Below are positions 9,711-19,346 of a stretch of 64,000 nucleotides of DNA, in pieces. Both the position numbers and the translations under genes were made by a program. Under the pieces are notes generated by a model. The model saw only the letters and a program-made list of their open reading frames with translations. It did no database searches and was not told the origin of the DNA. This DNA comes from Candidatus Hydrogenedentota bacterium (GTDB taxonomy: Bacteria > UBA8481 > J006). Each line of letters begins with the position of its first letter. Positions within the stretch are counted from its first letter, which is position 1. The stretch is taken from assembly GCA_003697085.1 (NCBI GenBank), contig RFFU01000040.1:3133-67132 (forward strand), given 5' to 3'.

Positions 9711-10486
9711 CGGCGGCGGAATTCCTCGAAGCACACACCCTGCCCTTTACGCTCGTCTTCGTCCGGATGGGATCGATCTTCGTGCTCACCCCTGTCTTCA
9801 ACATCGCGGAACTTCCGCGCCGCGTCAAGGGTTGGACCGCGGCCGCGCTGGCGCTGGTGGTCTATCCGTTCACCGCTCCTTTCCTGCCTCCCGTGGCTGG
9901 ATTCGGACCGGTCTATCTCCTCCATCTCTTCCAGTCCGCTCTCGTGGGAATCCTGATCGGATTGATTGTCCAGGTCTATTACACGTCGTTTCTGATGGCC
10001 GGCGAGTTCTACAGTCTCCAGTTGGGCTTCGGTATCGTGAACGTCCTTGATCCGCTCTCCGCCACCTCCATTCCGATTCTCGGGCAGTTGAAGTCGCTCT
10101 TTGCGATCATCGTTTTCATATTGATCGGGGGGCATCGGATGGTGATCGAGGCGTTGATTTACTCCTTCAAGGCGGTTCCGGTCTTTGGAATCGCCGCGGC
10201 GCGGCCGTTGGCGGCGGTGATGGTCGGAAGTCTCCGGGAGATGTTCATCATCGCCTTCCAGATCGCGGCGCCGATGATGGGAACGATCTTTCTCGTTGAA
10301 CTGGTCTTGGGGATTCTCTCGAAGATGGCTCCGCAGATGAACATTATGGTGGCCGGGTTTCAGATCAAGATCGCGGTGGGGCTCATCATCCTCTTGATGA
10401 TCATTCCCGCAATCTATACCGTCGTGGATAACACGTTCTACCACTCGTTTCTCGTGATCCGCGCGGTTTTGAGGAGTATGGCGTGA
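9707..10486 (+). CDS. fliR: Flagellar export protein FliR
   Basis: AGEFYSLQLGFG, SKMAPQMN, multiple TMs; GTGA overlap with fliQ. Confidence 0.94.
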   Translation: MTAAEFLEAHTLPFTLVFVRMGSIFVLTPVFNIAELPRRVKGWTAAALALVVYPFTAPFLPPVAGFGPVYLLHLFQSALVGILIGLIVQVYYTSFLMAGEFYSLQLGFGIVNVLDPLSATSIPILGQLKSLFAIIVFILIGGHRMVIEALIYSFKAVPVFGIAAARPLAAVMVGSLREMFIIAFQIAAPMMGTIFLVELVLGILSKMAPQMNIMVAGFQIKIAVGLIILLMIIPAIYTVVDNTFYHSFLVIRAVLRSMA

Positions 10487-11712
10487 ACGGAAGAGTGCGC
10501 CAGATCGCCGATTTCATAATGCCTTTCTCTTTTCCTCCGCTCTTCGGTAAGGGTCTTCTCGTGAGGGGTCGTGAAAGCGGAGAAGGAAGAGGAAAGTACC
10601 GGGCGGCCGCCGGGCGACTTTATTTTGATCTCCAAATGTTCGCCGCCGAGGACGAAGGGCGGACGGAGGATCCGACAAACAAGAAGATATCGAAAGCGCG
10701 CGAGCAAGGACAGGTTGCGAAATCTCAAGAGGTGAACCAGATCGTCACGTTGTTTATGGGCTGCCTTATCGGGTTTCTCGTCTTCCCCAGGGTCGTGATG
10801 AAGGAAGTGGATCACCTCCGGTACTTCTTCGAGAACCTCGGCACTCTCGAACTCACGGACGGCTCCTTGAGGACTTTGATCCTCGAGAACATTCTCCATC
10901 TCTTGAACGTGATTTGGCCCGTCATTCTCGTGCAGGTGATCGTGGCGATAGGGATCAACGTGCTGCAGGTCGGTTGGCTCTTTACGTGGAATCCGCTCAA
11001 GCCGAAACTGAATAAGATCTTTCCGCAGCCGAAGAAACTGATCGACCGGCTCGTCATCGGAAAGACGGTCCTCTTCAACCTCTTCAAATCCTTCTTGAAA
11101 GTGGTCGGGTGCGGTTTCATCGCGTATCTCGTTTTGAAGAAGAACCTTCCGCAACTTCTGACGCTGTGGAAATTGATGCCCTATCCGGTAACGGCGACGA
11201 TCCTGAAGATCGCCTTCGAGCTTCTCTGGAAGATCAGCGTGTTGTTGGGGATTTTGGCGCTGGCCGACTATGCCTATTCGCGCTACCAGTGGAAGGATTC
11301 TTTGAAGATGACGAAGCAGGAAGTGAAGGACGAACGGCGGCAGTCGGAAGGGGACCCCGAGATCAAGAAAGCGCAGCGGCGGCGGATGATGGAAGTGGTG
11401 CGACGGAGGATGATGCGGGAGATCCCGACGGCGGATGTCGTCATCACGAATCCGACGCACTATGCCGTGGCCATCAAGTACGACAACGCGACGATGCAGG
11501 CCCCGACGGTCGTCGCGAAAGGGGAAGGGTTTTTGGCGATCAAGATCCGGCAGATCGCCGAGGAGAACGGGGTGCCGGTCGTGGAGAACAAGCCGTTGGC
11601 GCAGGCACTGTATCGCGGGGTCGAGATCGGATCGGAGATCCCGCCGCAGTTCTATCAGGCCGTGGCTGAGGTCTTGGCGTACGTGTACCGTATGAAGAGG
11701 AAGGCTTCCTGA
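10483..11712 (+). CDS. flhB: Flagellar export switch protein FlhB
   Basis: EDEGRTEDPT, KMTKQEVKDE, NPTH autocleavage motif; exact start uncertain (10483 or 10518). Confidence 0.96.
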   Translation: MNGRVRQIADFIMPFSFPPLFGKGLLVRGRESGEGRGKYRAAAGRLYFDLQMFAAEDEGRTEDPTNKKISKAREQGQVAKSQEVNQIVTLFMGCLIGFLVFPRVVMKEVDHLRYFFENLGTLELTDGSLRTLILENILHLLNVIWPVILVQVIVAIGINVLQVGWLFTWNPLKPKLNKIFPQPKKLIDRLVIGKTVLFNLFKSFLKVVGCGFIAYLVLKKNLPQLLTLWKLMPYPVTATILKIAFELLWKISVLLGILALADYAYSRYQWKDSLKMTKQEVKDERRQSEGDPEIKKAQRRRMMEVVRRRMMREIPTADVVITNPTHYAVAIKYDNATMQAPTVVAKGEGFLAIKIRQIAEENGVPVVENKPLAQALYRGVEIGSEIPPQFYQAVAEVLAYVYRMKRKAS

Positions 11713-13775
11713 TGGCACGCCCGAAGACGCTTCCCGATTCGATTCTCAAGAACGCCGATGCCATGATCGCGCTCGGCGTCGCCGTCGTCGTGATCATGAT
11801 GGTCATTCCCATCCCCGCTTGGGTTTTGGATATCGGTATGGCTCTCTCGATCACGATCTCGATGATCGTACTCCTTTCCGTTATGTACACGGTGAAGGCG
11901 ATCGATTTTTCGGCGTTCCCCTCGCTTCTGCTTCTCACCACCGTTTACCGCCTCTCGCTCAACGTCTCCTCGACGCGCTTGATCCTGTCACAAGGAACCG
12001 CGTTTCAAGGAAAGATCATCCGTTTCTTCGGGGAGGTGGTCGTTTCGGGAAATTACGTCATCGGGATCGTCGTCTTTCTGATATTGGTGGCGATTCAATT
12101 TATGGTGATCGTCAAGGGCGCGACGCGGGTATCAGAGGTGGCGGCGCGGTTCACCCTCGATGCCATGCCGGGAAAACAGATGGCGATCGATGCCGACCTC
12201 AACTCGGGCATCATTACGGAGAAGGAAGCCATTGAGCGGCGGGAGGAGATTCGGAGGGAAGCGGACTTTTACGGTGCCATGGACGGCGCCAGCAAATTCG
12301 TGCAGGGAGATGTCATCGCGGGGCTGGTGATCACCGCGATCAATATCATCGGCGGACTCTCGATCGGTGTCCTGATGAAAGGAGAGCCGGTCGTGGAGGC
12401 GGCGAGCACATACACGTTATTGACGATCGGCGACGGGCTCGTCTCGCAGATTCCCTCGCTTCTCATCTCGATGTCCACCGGCTTGATCGTGACGCGCGCC
12501 GCCTCGGAGGATAACCTCGGTGTGGATGTAATATCTCAGCTGACGATGCAACCGCGGGCTCTTATGATCGCCAGCGGAATGCTGGGATTCCTCGGCGCGC
12601 TCTATCTCGGTTGGCCGATGTTGCTCTTCAGTGCGCTCACCGGCACGCTCGCCTGGACCTGCCAGAGGACGGTCAAGGAACTTCAGAAGGAGGAGGAGGT
12701 CCGCGAGAAGAAGGACCAGGCGAAACAAAGAAAACCCGAGAACGTGGCCTCGCTTTTGGCCGTCGATCCGTTGGAGGTCGAGATCGGATACGCACTGATT
12801 CCGCTTGTCGATCCCGAGCAAGGGGGGGATCTCCTGGAGCGGATCACGATGATTCGAAGGCAGATGGCGTTGGAACTGGGGTTGATTGTTCCGCCGATCC
12901 GCATTCGGGACAATATGCAGTTCCGGCCGAATCAGTATGCGATCAAGATCAAGGGAGTCGAGGTCGCCTCCGCCTCGATCAAGACGGACCAATATCTCGC
13001 GATGAATCCGGGGACGGCGACGGCGGAGCTCAAGGGGGAGGCCACGCGCGAACCGGCGTTCGGATTGCCCGCCGTCTGGATCCGCGAACGGGATCGGCAG
13101 AAGGCGGAATTGGCGGGGTACACGGTCGTCGATCCGCCGTCGGTGATTGCCACGCATTTGACCGAGATTCTCAAGCGGCATGCTTTCGAGATTCTGGGAC
13201 GGCAGGAGACCCAACAGATTCTCGACGAGATCAAGAAGCATTATCCGGCATTGGTCGAAGATGCGACGAAGGCGCTCAGTGTCGGCGAGATTCACAAGAT
13301 TCTGCAGAACCTGTTGCGGGAAGGAGTGCCGATCCGCGATATGGTGACGATTCTGGAGACGATCGCGGATCGAACCGCAGCGTATGGGAAGGATCTGGAC
13401 CGGTTGACGGAAGTCGTTCGGGCCGCCTTGGCGCGCCACATTACGAAGCAGTATCTCTCCGACGACGGGACACTGGCGGTCATAACGTTGGATCCGAGGT
13501 TGGAGGAGGAAGTTGTTGCGGGGGTCGAGATCACACCGGAGGGGCGAACGATCAATATGGATCCGGCGCGGATCCAACGAATTCTGGAGAAGTTGGGAGT
13601 GGAGGCGGAGAAGGCGGTTCAGGCGGGAATCAGTCCTTTGGTTTTGACTTCGCCGCGAGCCCGGGCTGCGTTCAAGACACTGACCCAGCGGGCTGCTCCG
13701 AACCTGGTGGTGCTGTCCTTCAGTGAGATTATTCCGGATATCGAGATTCGGACGATTGGGACGGTGGCGGCGTGA
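11712..13775 (+). CDS. flhA: Flagellar export protein FlhA
   Basis: RVSEVAARFTLDAMPGKQMAIDADL, FYGAMDGASKFV. Confidence 0.98.
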   Translation: MARPKTLPDSILKNADAMIALGVAVVVIMMVIPIPAWVLDIGMALSITISMIVLLSVMYTVKAIDFSAFPSLLLLTTVYRLSLNVSSTRLILSQGTAFQGKIIRFFGEVVVSGNYVIGIVVFLILVAIQFMVIVKGATRVSEVAARFTLDAMPGKQMAIDADLNSGIITEKEAIERREEIRREADFYGAMDGASKFVQGDVIAGLVITAINIIGGLSIGVLMKGEPVVEAASTYTLLTIGDGLVSQIPSLLISMSTGLIVTRAASEDNLGVDVISQLTMQPRALMIASGMLGFLGALYLGWPMLLFSALTGTLAWTCQRTVKELQKEEEVREKKDQAKQRKPENVASLLAVDPLEVEIGYALIPLVDPEQGGDLLERITMIRRQMALELGLIVPPIRIRDNMQFRPNQYAIKIKGVEVASASIKTDQYLAMNPGTATAELKGEATREPAFGLPAVWIRERDRQKAELAGYTVVDPPSVIATHLTEILKRHAFEILGRQETQQILDEIKKHYPALVEDATKALSVGEIHKILQNLLREGVPIRDMVTILETIADRTAAYGKDLDRLTEVVRAALARHITKQYLSDDGTLAVITLDPRLEEEVVAGVEITPEGRTINMDPARIQRILEKLGVEAEKAVQAGISPLVLTSPRARAAFKTLTQRAAPNLVVLSFSEIIPDIEIRTIGTVAA

Positions 13776-13779
13776 CGGA

Positions 13780-13942
13780 CCACGGAAAGAACGGAAGAGA
13801 ACGGAAGGGAGGAGACCACGGAAGACACGGAGGACACGGAAGGGAAGGAACCACGGAAAGCACGGAGAGCACGGAAAGAAGGAAAACCACGGAAAGCACG
13901 GAAGACGCGGAAGAAAGGAAGGCAAAAGGAAAAAATCAAAAG
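13780..13942 (+). repeat. Purine-rich tandem array (4 units of 35-36 bp built on CCACGGAA/ACGGA) followed by (G/T)CAAAAGG-type heptamers
   Basis: Units start at 13780, 13816, 13851 and 13887, each CCACGGAAnnnACGGAnnnnACGGAA; intergenic between flhA and flhF. Confidence 0.85.
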
Positions 13943-14050
13943 GAGGGGCGATATTGGGGCGCAGGAGTGCGGTATGCCGCGCCCAAAAAAAGAGGCGAGG
14001 AGGGTTTTCGAGAAAAGAATGAGAAAGGAAAACAAAGGAAAGGGAGGTAG

Positions 14051-15544
14051 ATGAGGATGGTAGGGATTCGGCGGACGTTCGAGGGCGAGACGATGGGGGA
14101 GGCGCTGATCGCGATGAAGCAGCAGCTGGGAGCCGAGGCTGTTCTTTTGGGGCACTGGACGGAGAGGCGCGGCGGGTTTTTCGGCCTCGGCGGGAAAAAG
14201 ATCTACGTGGTGGAGGGCGAACGGCTGCCGCGCTGGCTGGGCGGCGAGCGGGGCGAAGAGAGCAAGAGGGGTGCCGGTGGGCGGGCAGACGTTTCAAGAA
14301 GTCCCGGTTCTGAGAGAGTGTCACGCGAGACGATCGAAAAGATTATTTCAGCGGCAAATTCGGTACGAGCAGGAACATCGAGGCGGGATTGGATTATCGA
14401 AGAAGAAGCAAAACCGGATTATTCCGCAGCGGGAGTCTATGGTTGGCCGCGTCGTCCCGCTCGAGGGAAAGACGTCATCGAGAGGGAGGTTCGTTCCGAG
14501 GAGAGGGCGACGGAAGGTCTTTCCGCGGATGAAATGATGAAGGAATTTCGCAGGGAGATTCATTCGTTGATCCGGGATGAAATCCGAGTGGCGCTGGGTG
14601 GATTTTCCGCTGATGCTTCCATTTCCTCGGGGCCCGAAGTGGAGAAAGCGGGAGGTGGGAAACGGACCGATTCCCTTTCGGAGGGACGCAACACGGTTTC
14701 GGAACCTTCTTCAGCGGGGTCCGTTCCGGTGATCGAGACGAGTAACGAGAGCGAGGTACTGGAGAAACTCTTGAAGAGGTTGGAAGCGGAGGCGGTGGAG
14801 GAAGAGATCGTGGCCGAGTTGAAGCACGCGATTTTGGATCGGACTGCGGCGGAAGAGCGGGAGGAAGAGACGATTCTACGCGCGCGGTTGGCGAAGGAAT
14901 TGGGTGGACGCCTCAGGATAGCCAAACCCCTTGCTCCGGACCCCGATTATCCGACGATTCTGGTGGCGGTGGGTCCGACAGGGGTGGGCAAAACGACGAC
15001 TCTGGCGAAGTTGGGAGCGCAGCTGCACGAAGCGGAAGGCCGAACGCTCGCTTATGTTTCACTCGACTATTACCGCATCGGCGCCGCCGAGCAGCTCAAG
15101 ACTTATTGTGACATTATGGAAGTCCCGTTCGAACAGGCAACGGAACCGGAGGAACTTCAGGAGGTCATCGAACGGCATTACGACAAGGAATTTATTCTTG
15201 TGGATACGGCGGGGAGGAGTCCGTATAACACGGAAGGGATCGATGGATTGAGAAAGATGCTTGCGGGAGCGCCGTATCGGCCGAAAGCCCTTTTGATGGT
15301 TTCGGGATCGACCGAGATCGAGGAGATGCGGCGTATTTTGGAGGAGTTTTCGATCGTCGAGGATGTCCAATTGATCTTCACGAAGGTGGACGAGACGAAT
15401 CGGTGGGGGAGGATGTTCACGGTTGCGGCGGAATCCTTGCTTCCGGTATCCTTCCTCACGACGGGACAAAGCGTTCCGGACGACATTCTCCCGGCGACGG
15501 CCGAGGCTTTCGTCGATCGGTTTCTGTCGCGGGAGGAGGCGTAG
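14051..15544 (+). CDS. flhF: Flagellar SRP-type GTPase FlhF
   Basis: GPTGVGKTTT, DTAGR, TKVDE, TGQSVPDD. Confidence 0.95.
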   Translation: MRMVGIRRTFEGETMGEALIAMKQQLGAEAVLLGHWTERRGGFFGLGGKKIYVVEGERLPRWLGGERGEESKRGAGGRADVSRSPGSERVSRETIEKIISAANSVRAGTSRRDWIIEEEAKPDYSAAGVYGWPRRPARGKDVIEREVRSEERATEGLSADEMMKEFRREIHSLIRDEIRVALGGFSADASISSGPEVEKAGGGKRTDSLSEGRNTVSEPSSAGSVPVIETSNESEVLEKLLKRLEAEAVEEEIVAELKHAILDRTAAEEREEETILRARLAKELGGRLRIAKPLAPDPDYPTILVAVGPTGVGKTTTLAKLGAQLHEAEGRTLAYVSLDYYRIGAAEQLKTYCDIMEVPFEQATEPEELQEVIERHYDKEFILVDTAGRSPYNTEGIDGLRKMLAGAPYRPKALLMVSGSTEIEEMRRILEEFSIVEDVQLIFTKVDETNRWGRMFTVAAESLLPVSFLTTGQSVPDDILPATAEAFVDRFLSREEA

Positions 15545-15546
15545 AG

Positions 15547-16452
15547 ATGAAGGCGGACCAAGCGGCGGCCTTACGGCTCTTACGAGGGCGGAACGGGGCG
15601 AAGCAGCGGCCATCGAGGATCGTCGGGGTCGGAAGCGGAAAGGGCGGTGTCGGCAAGACGAACGTGGCCTTGAATTTGGCAATCGAATTGGCGATGCGGG
15701 GACGGCAGACCTGTATCTTCGACGCGGATTTCGGGACGGCCAACGTCTGTATTCTGGCGGGGATCACTCCGCGATACACGGTCTCTCATGTTTTGAAACG
15801 GGGGATGGGGATCTCGGAAGTCATCGTAGAAGGTCCGGCAGGATTAAAGATCGTTCCGGGATCGAGTGGCATGCCGGACCTGGCGGATCTGGATGATTCC
15901 CGCCGCCGCCGGCTGCGGAACGCTCTCTCGAACGCAACATCACCCGCGGATTACCTTGTCGTGGACGTTGGCGCGGGGATGTCAAGCCGGGTGTTGGGGT
16001 TTCTGGAGAACGCCGATATCGTTCTGCTCGTGACGACCCCGGAACCGACTTCGGTCGCCGACGCGTATGCGTTGTTGAAGGGGCTCGTTGCGCGCGATTT
16101 CCGTTCCCGAATCGGACTGATCGTGAACCGTGCCGAGAGTATCCAACAGGCGAGAACGACGGCGGAGCGGTTCCGTGTCTCGGCGATGAAATATCTCGAA
16201 CAGCCGGTGGAGTGGAGCGGGTTTATTCTGGAGGACGCGGAGGTAAGGAAAGCCGTGGCCCGGCGGCGGCCGTTTGCCTGCGCGGCGCGGTGCAGTCGCG
16301 CGGCGCGTTCCGTGGCGATGATCGCGGACCGTATCGAAGGGGCCTCCGTTCCGGAACGAGCCTTCGATGCTCTCGAATGCGGCTGGTCGTTTCTCAGATT
16401 GTTTCGGAGTCTCCTTTTTACGGGGCCGCGGGAAGAGCCCGCGTTGTGCTGA
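15547..16452 (+). CDS. flhG: MinD-like ATPase FlhG/FleN
   Basis: MKADQAAALR, SGKGGVGKT, DADFG, TTPEPTSVADAY. Confidence 0.92.
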   Translation: MKADQAAALRLLRGRNGAKQRPSRIVGVGSGKGGVGKTNVALNLAIELAMRGRQTCIFDADFGTANVCILAGITPRYTVSHVLKRGMGISEVIVEGPAGLKIVPGSSGMPDLADLDDSRRRRLRNALSNATSPADYLVVDVGAGMSSRVLGFLENADIVLLVTTPEPTSVADAYALLKGLVARDFRSRIGLIVNRAESIQQARTTAERFRVSAMKYLEQPVEWSGFILEDAEVRKAVARRRPFACAARCSRAARSVAMIADRIEGASVPERAFDALECGWSFLRLFRSLLFTGPREEPALC

Positions 16453-16465
16453 AGAGTTTGATCGT

Positions 16466-17059
16466 ATGACGGGAAGGGACTGGAACGAGCGAAGACTGAA
16501 ATGGGCCCGGCGCCGGGCCCGCGAGCGGAACGATATCGAATCGTGGAGGCTACTGCGCGATCTTGCCGCGGCGCTTGGGTTCACCGAGGAAGCGCGCGCG
16601 GCCGCTCTTCACATCGAGGAATTTACGGCCGGAACTCCGGCGCGATCTGGTTCCAAACGAGCAAAGAGAAGAAGTCAGGAGAATAACGATCGAAGTCAGG
16701 AGGATAAGGTTCAGGAAACGCAGCGGGAGGCGCCTCGGCGGGAAAAGCCTCCTCTTTCCGTTGAAAGGAACGAAGCGGAGTCCCTTGCTGTTCGAGAAAA
16801 AGAAGTCGACGACAAGGCCCGTGGTTTGGACGAAACGTACTCCCCGGCCCCGGTTCGCTATCGATTGAAGACGGGGTTGGGAGAGTTGCGCCGGGTGTGG
16901 TGGGAGGAGTTCAAGAGAGTTACGGGACGGAGCGGTTCAGCGATACGTTTTTCCACGACGGAGCCGAATGAGATGGAGTTGGCGGTGGTTTCGGAGAAGG
17001 AAAGGCGGCTGGCCGCGCTCCTCGAGCAACATCCGGACATCGAGAAGGCGGCGTCTTGA
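16466..17059 (+). CDS. Hypothetical protein (flagellar operon)
   Basis: Co-oriented, tightly packed ORF; no recognisable motif. Confidence 0.6.
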   Translation: MTGRDWNERRLKWARRRARERNDIESWRLLRDLAAALGFTEEARAAALHIEEFTAGTPARSGSKRAKRRSQENNDRSQEDKVQETQREAPRREKPPLSVERNEAESLAVREKEVDDKARGLDETYSPAPVRYRLKTGLGELRRVWWEEFKRVTGRSGSAIRFSTTEPNEMELAVVSEKERRLAALLEQHPDIEKAAS

Positions 17060-17466
17060 TCAGGAGACGGAGGTGTGGTGGATTTTCAATCCTTCTGTTT
17101 CTCTTCTTTTGCGGTGTGGCATTGATTGCGGGAGCGGTTCGATGGATTCAGATGGGCGACCTTTCCCCTCAAGCGAAGGCTCTGGAGTCCGGACTCATTG
17201 CGGTAGCGGTTCTGGGTGTCGGTGTTGTGATCCAAATCATCCTTTTGACGCTGGAGGGAGGCAAAGCATCCTCGGCTCCGGTTCGGTCACGGGGCGGTCC
17301 CACCAAGACCGATATTTCCTCGATTCGACCCGAGGAATTGGCTAACATTGAATCGGAGTTGCCTGAGGTGGAGAAACCGGAGGTGACCGGAGTGCACGGC
17401 CGGCCCCCTGAGGAACTGGCCCAGGTCCTCCGAGAGATGGCGGGCGAAGAGGAGAAGGGGGAATGA
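17056..17466 (+). CDS. Hypothetical membrane protein (2 TM)
   Basis: Two hydrophobic helices; C-terminal PEELAQVLREM; TTGA overlap with the previous gene. Confidence 0.65.
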   Translation: MIRRRRCGGFSILLFLFFCGVALIAGAVRWIQMGDLSPQAKALESGLIAVAVLGVGVVIQIILLTLEGGKASSAPVRSRGGPTKTDISSIRPEELANIESELPEVEKPEVTGVHGRPPEELAQVLREMAGEEEKGE

Positions 17467-17500
17467 GTCAGCGGCGAGCCGAGGGTGTGGAGCGGATTTG

Positions 17501-18538
17501 ATGGTGGAAGAGAGAGGAACAAGCTTGGAGACGGACATCCCGAGAGAGCGCGGGGATTCCGCTCCCCTCCTCGAGGTATCCTCGAGCGGGCGGATACGCC
17601 ATATGTGCGCGGTCAAGGGCGCCTTTGCCGGGGATTTCACGGAGGTTCGTGGAGCCTTCATCGCGATCTTCGATATGGATCGCGAGATGGTCGAGCGGGT
17701 CTTCGTCGCGGTTGTCGGGGACAGCACGGATCTGAGGATGAGGGTGGACCAGGGGTGGAAGGAATTGGAAGACGCGATCGTCTCGGCGAAACTCTCCGGG
17801 CTGACGGCGAACCAAATGACTTCCGATGTCCAAAAATATCTCCGTCAGATGTTGCGTGACGATTTCGGGACGGAGGTGATCGAGGGGATCAAGACGGATC
17901 ACGAGGCGGATGTGCGAAGAATCCTGATGGAGATATTATCGCGAGCGATCGCGGACAGCCGGGTTCTTTTGCAGATCGATGTGGAGCGTTTCGAACAGGT
18001 GGAGGGGGAAGAGGAGGATCGCGGAGAGGAGCGGGAGGGGGATGAGGCGAAGGACACGGATGCGGTGCCGGGGGCCGAGGCGGTGAAGCCGATGGACCGG
18101 TTGTTGACGATCAAAGTTGATCCGATTTTGGCGCCGGTCACGGGAACCCCAGCGAAGGATCTTTCTCCCGGAACGACGATCCTTGTTTACCCGCGCGAGA
18201 CCTCGACGGTGCGAAAGAACGCGATGAAATTGCTGGCGGCGCGGCAAGGGCGAAAGGAAGGGGAAGCGTTGGAGGGGCGGGTTCTTTCGGTGACTCCAGC
18301 CGAGTTTGATCGCGTAACGATTCGGATGTCGATGGGGGAGAGTCTGCAGGGCCTGGCGAACATCTCGGGGGAGTTGCGCGTGAAGACGGCTGAGGCGACC
18401 GTATCGCAGGGGTTCCTCTGGTCGGATGAACCGGCGGTTGGCGGTGGAATCACCACGAAACATTTTGTGCTCGCCGCGCTCGCGATTCTGTTGATAATGG
18501 CGGTTATGGCCTATTTCGTTTTTGGAGGAGAGTTCTAG
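17501..18538 (+). CDS. Hypothetical protein with C-terminal TM anchor
   Basis: Long co-oriented ORF; DPILAPVTG motif; C-terminal hydrophobic helix; directly upstream of fliA. Confidence 0.7.
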   Translation: MVEERGTSLETDIPRERGDSAPLLEVSSSGRIRHMCAVKGAFAGDFTEVRGAFIAIFDMDREMVERVFVAVVGDSTDLRMRVDQGWKELEDAIVSAKLSGLTANQMTSDVQKYLRQMLRDDFGTEVIEGIKTDHEADVRRILMEILSRAIADSRVLLQIDVERFEQVEGEEEDRGEEREGDEAKDTDAVPGAEAVKPMDRLLTIKVDPILAPVTGTPAKDLSPGTTILVYPRETSTVRKNAMKLLAARQGRKEGEALEGRVLSVTPAEFDRVTIRMSMGESLQGLANISGELRVKTAEATVSQGFLWSDEPAVGGGITTKHFVLAALAILLIMAVMAYFVFGGEF

Positions 18539-18539
18539 G

Positions 18540-19328
18540 ATGGCGACCTCCGAGAAGGATGTGCTTTCCGACGAGGAGATTTGGAAGCGCTACAAAGACA
18601 CGGGGGACATCGAGGTCCGGAACCAGTTGATCGAACGGTACGCGCCCTTGGTGAAGTATGTTGCGGGCCGGATGGCCGTGAATATGCCCGCGAATGTCGA
18701 ATTCGATGATCTCGTTTCCTATGGTATCTTCGGACTGATCGACGCCATCGAGAAATACAAGCCATCGCTCGGATACAAGTTCAAGACCTACGCGACGACG
18801 CGGATTCGCGGCGGAATCATCGACGAATTGCGTGCTCTGGATTGGATACCGCGTTCCGTACGACAGAAGTCGCGGCAACTTCAGGCCGCCTACGCGGAGT
18901 TGGAGAATCGTCTCGGTCGCGCGGCTACGGATGAGGAGGTGGCTGCGGAATTGGGGTTGAGTATGGCGGAGTTCGAGCAGTTGGTGAACGACGTCTCCGG
19001 TACGGCCGTGATGTCGCTGGAGGACGTCTGGCATGTCGGCTCGGACGACGACGAGGTTCAACTCGGGGATACCCTGGCGGGAAGCGAGAAGGACCATCCG
19101 AATTACAATATCGAGCGGGAGGAAGTGAAGCGGATCTTGATCGAGGCGATCAAGGAACTTCCGCCGCGGGAGAAGGAAGTCATCGCGCTGTATTACTACG
19201 AGGAGCTCACGTTGAAGGAGATCGGGCTGGTTTTGGAAGTGACGGAGTCTCGCGTATCTCAACTCCATTCGAAGGCGATCCACCGCCTCCGGGCGAAACT
19301 CCAGAAGAATCGCGAGGCCTTCACATGA
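18540..19328 (+). CDS. fliA: RNA polymerase sigma-28 factor FliA/WhiG
   Basis: DDLVSYGIFGLIDA, DELRALDWIPRSVR, LYYYEELTLKEIGLVLEVTESRVSQLH. Confidence 0.97.
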   Translation: MATSEKDVLSDEEIWKRYKDTGDIEVRNQLIERYAPLVKYVAGRMAVNMPANVEFDDLVSYGIFGLIDAIEKYKPSLGYKFKTYATTRIRGGIIDELRALDWIPRSVRQKSRQLQAAYAELENRLGRAATDEEVAAELGLSMAEFEQLVNDVSGTAVMSLEDVWHVGSDDDEVQLGDTLAGSEKDHPNYNIEREEVKRILIEAIKELPPREKEVIALYYYEELTLKEIGLVLEVTESRVSQLHSKAIHRLRAKLQKNREAFT

Positions 19329-19346
19329 GCCGGGGGGGCTGCAGGC

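Noticed and set aside
13780..13920. CRISPR array
   Set aside because: Units are contiguous, degenerate and internally repetitive, with no unique spacers and no cas genes
12417..14324. 635-aa minus-strand ORF
   Set aside because: Antisense shadow of flhA plus the repeat region; no protein-like motifs
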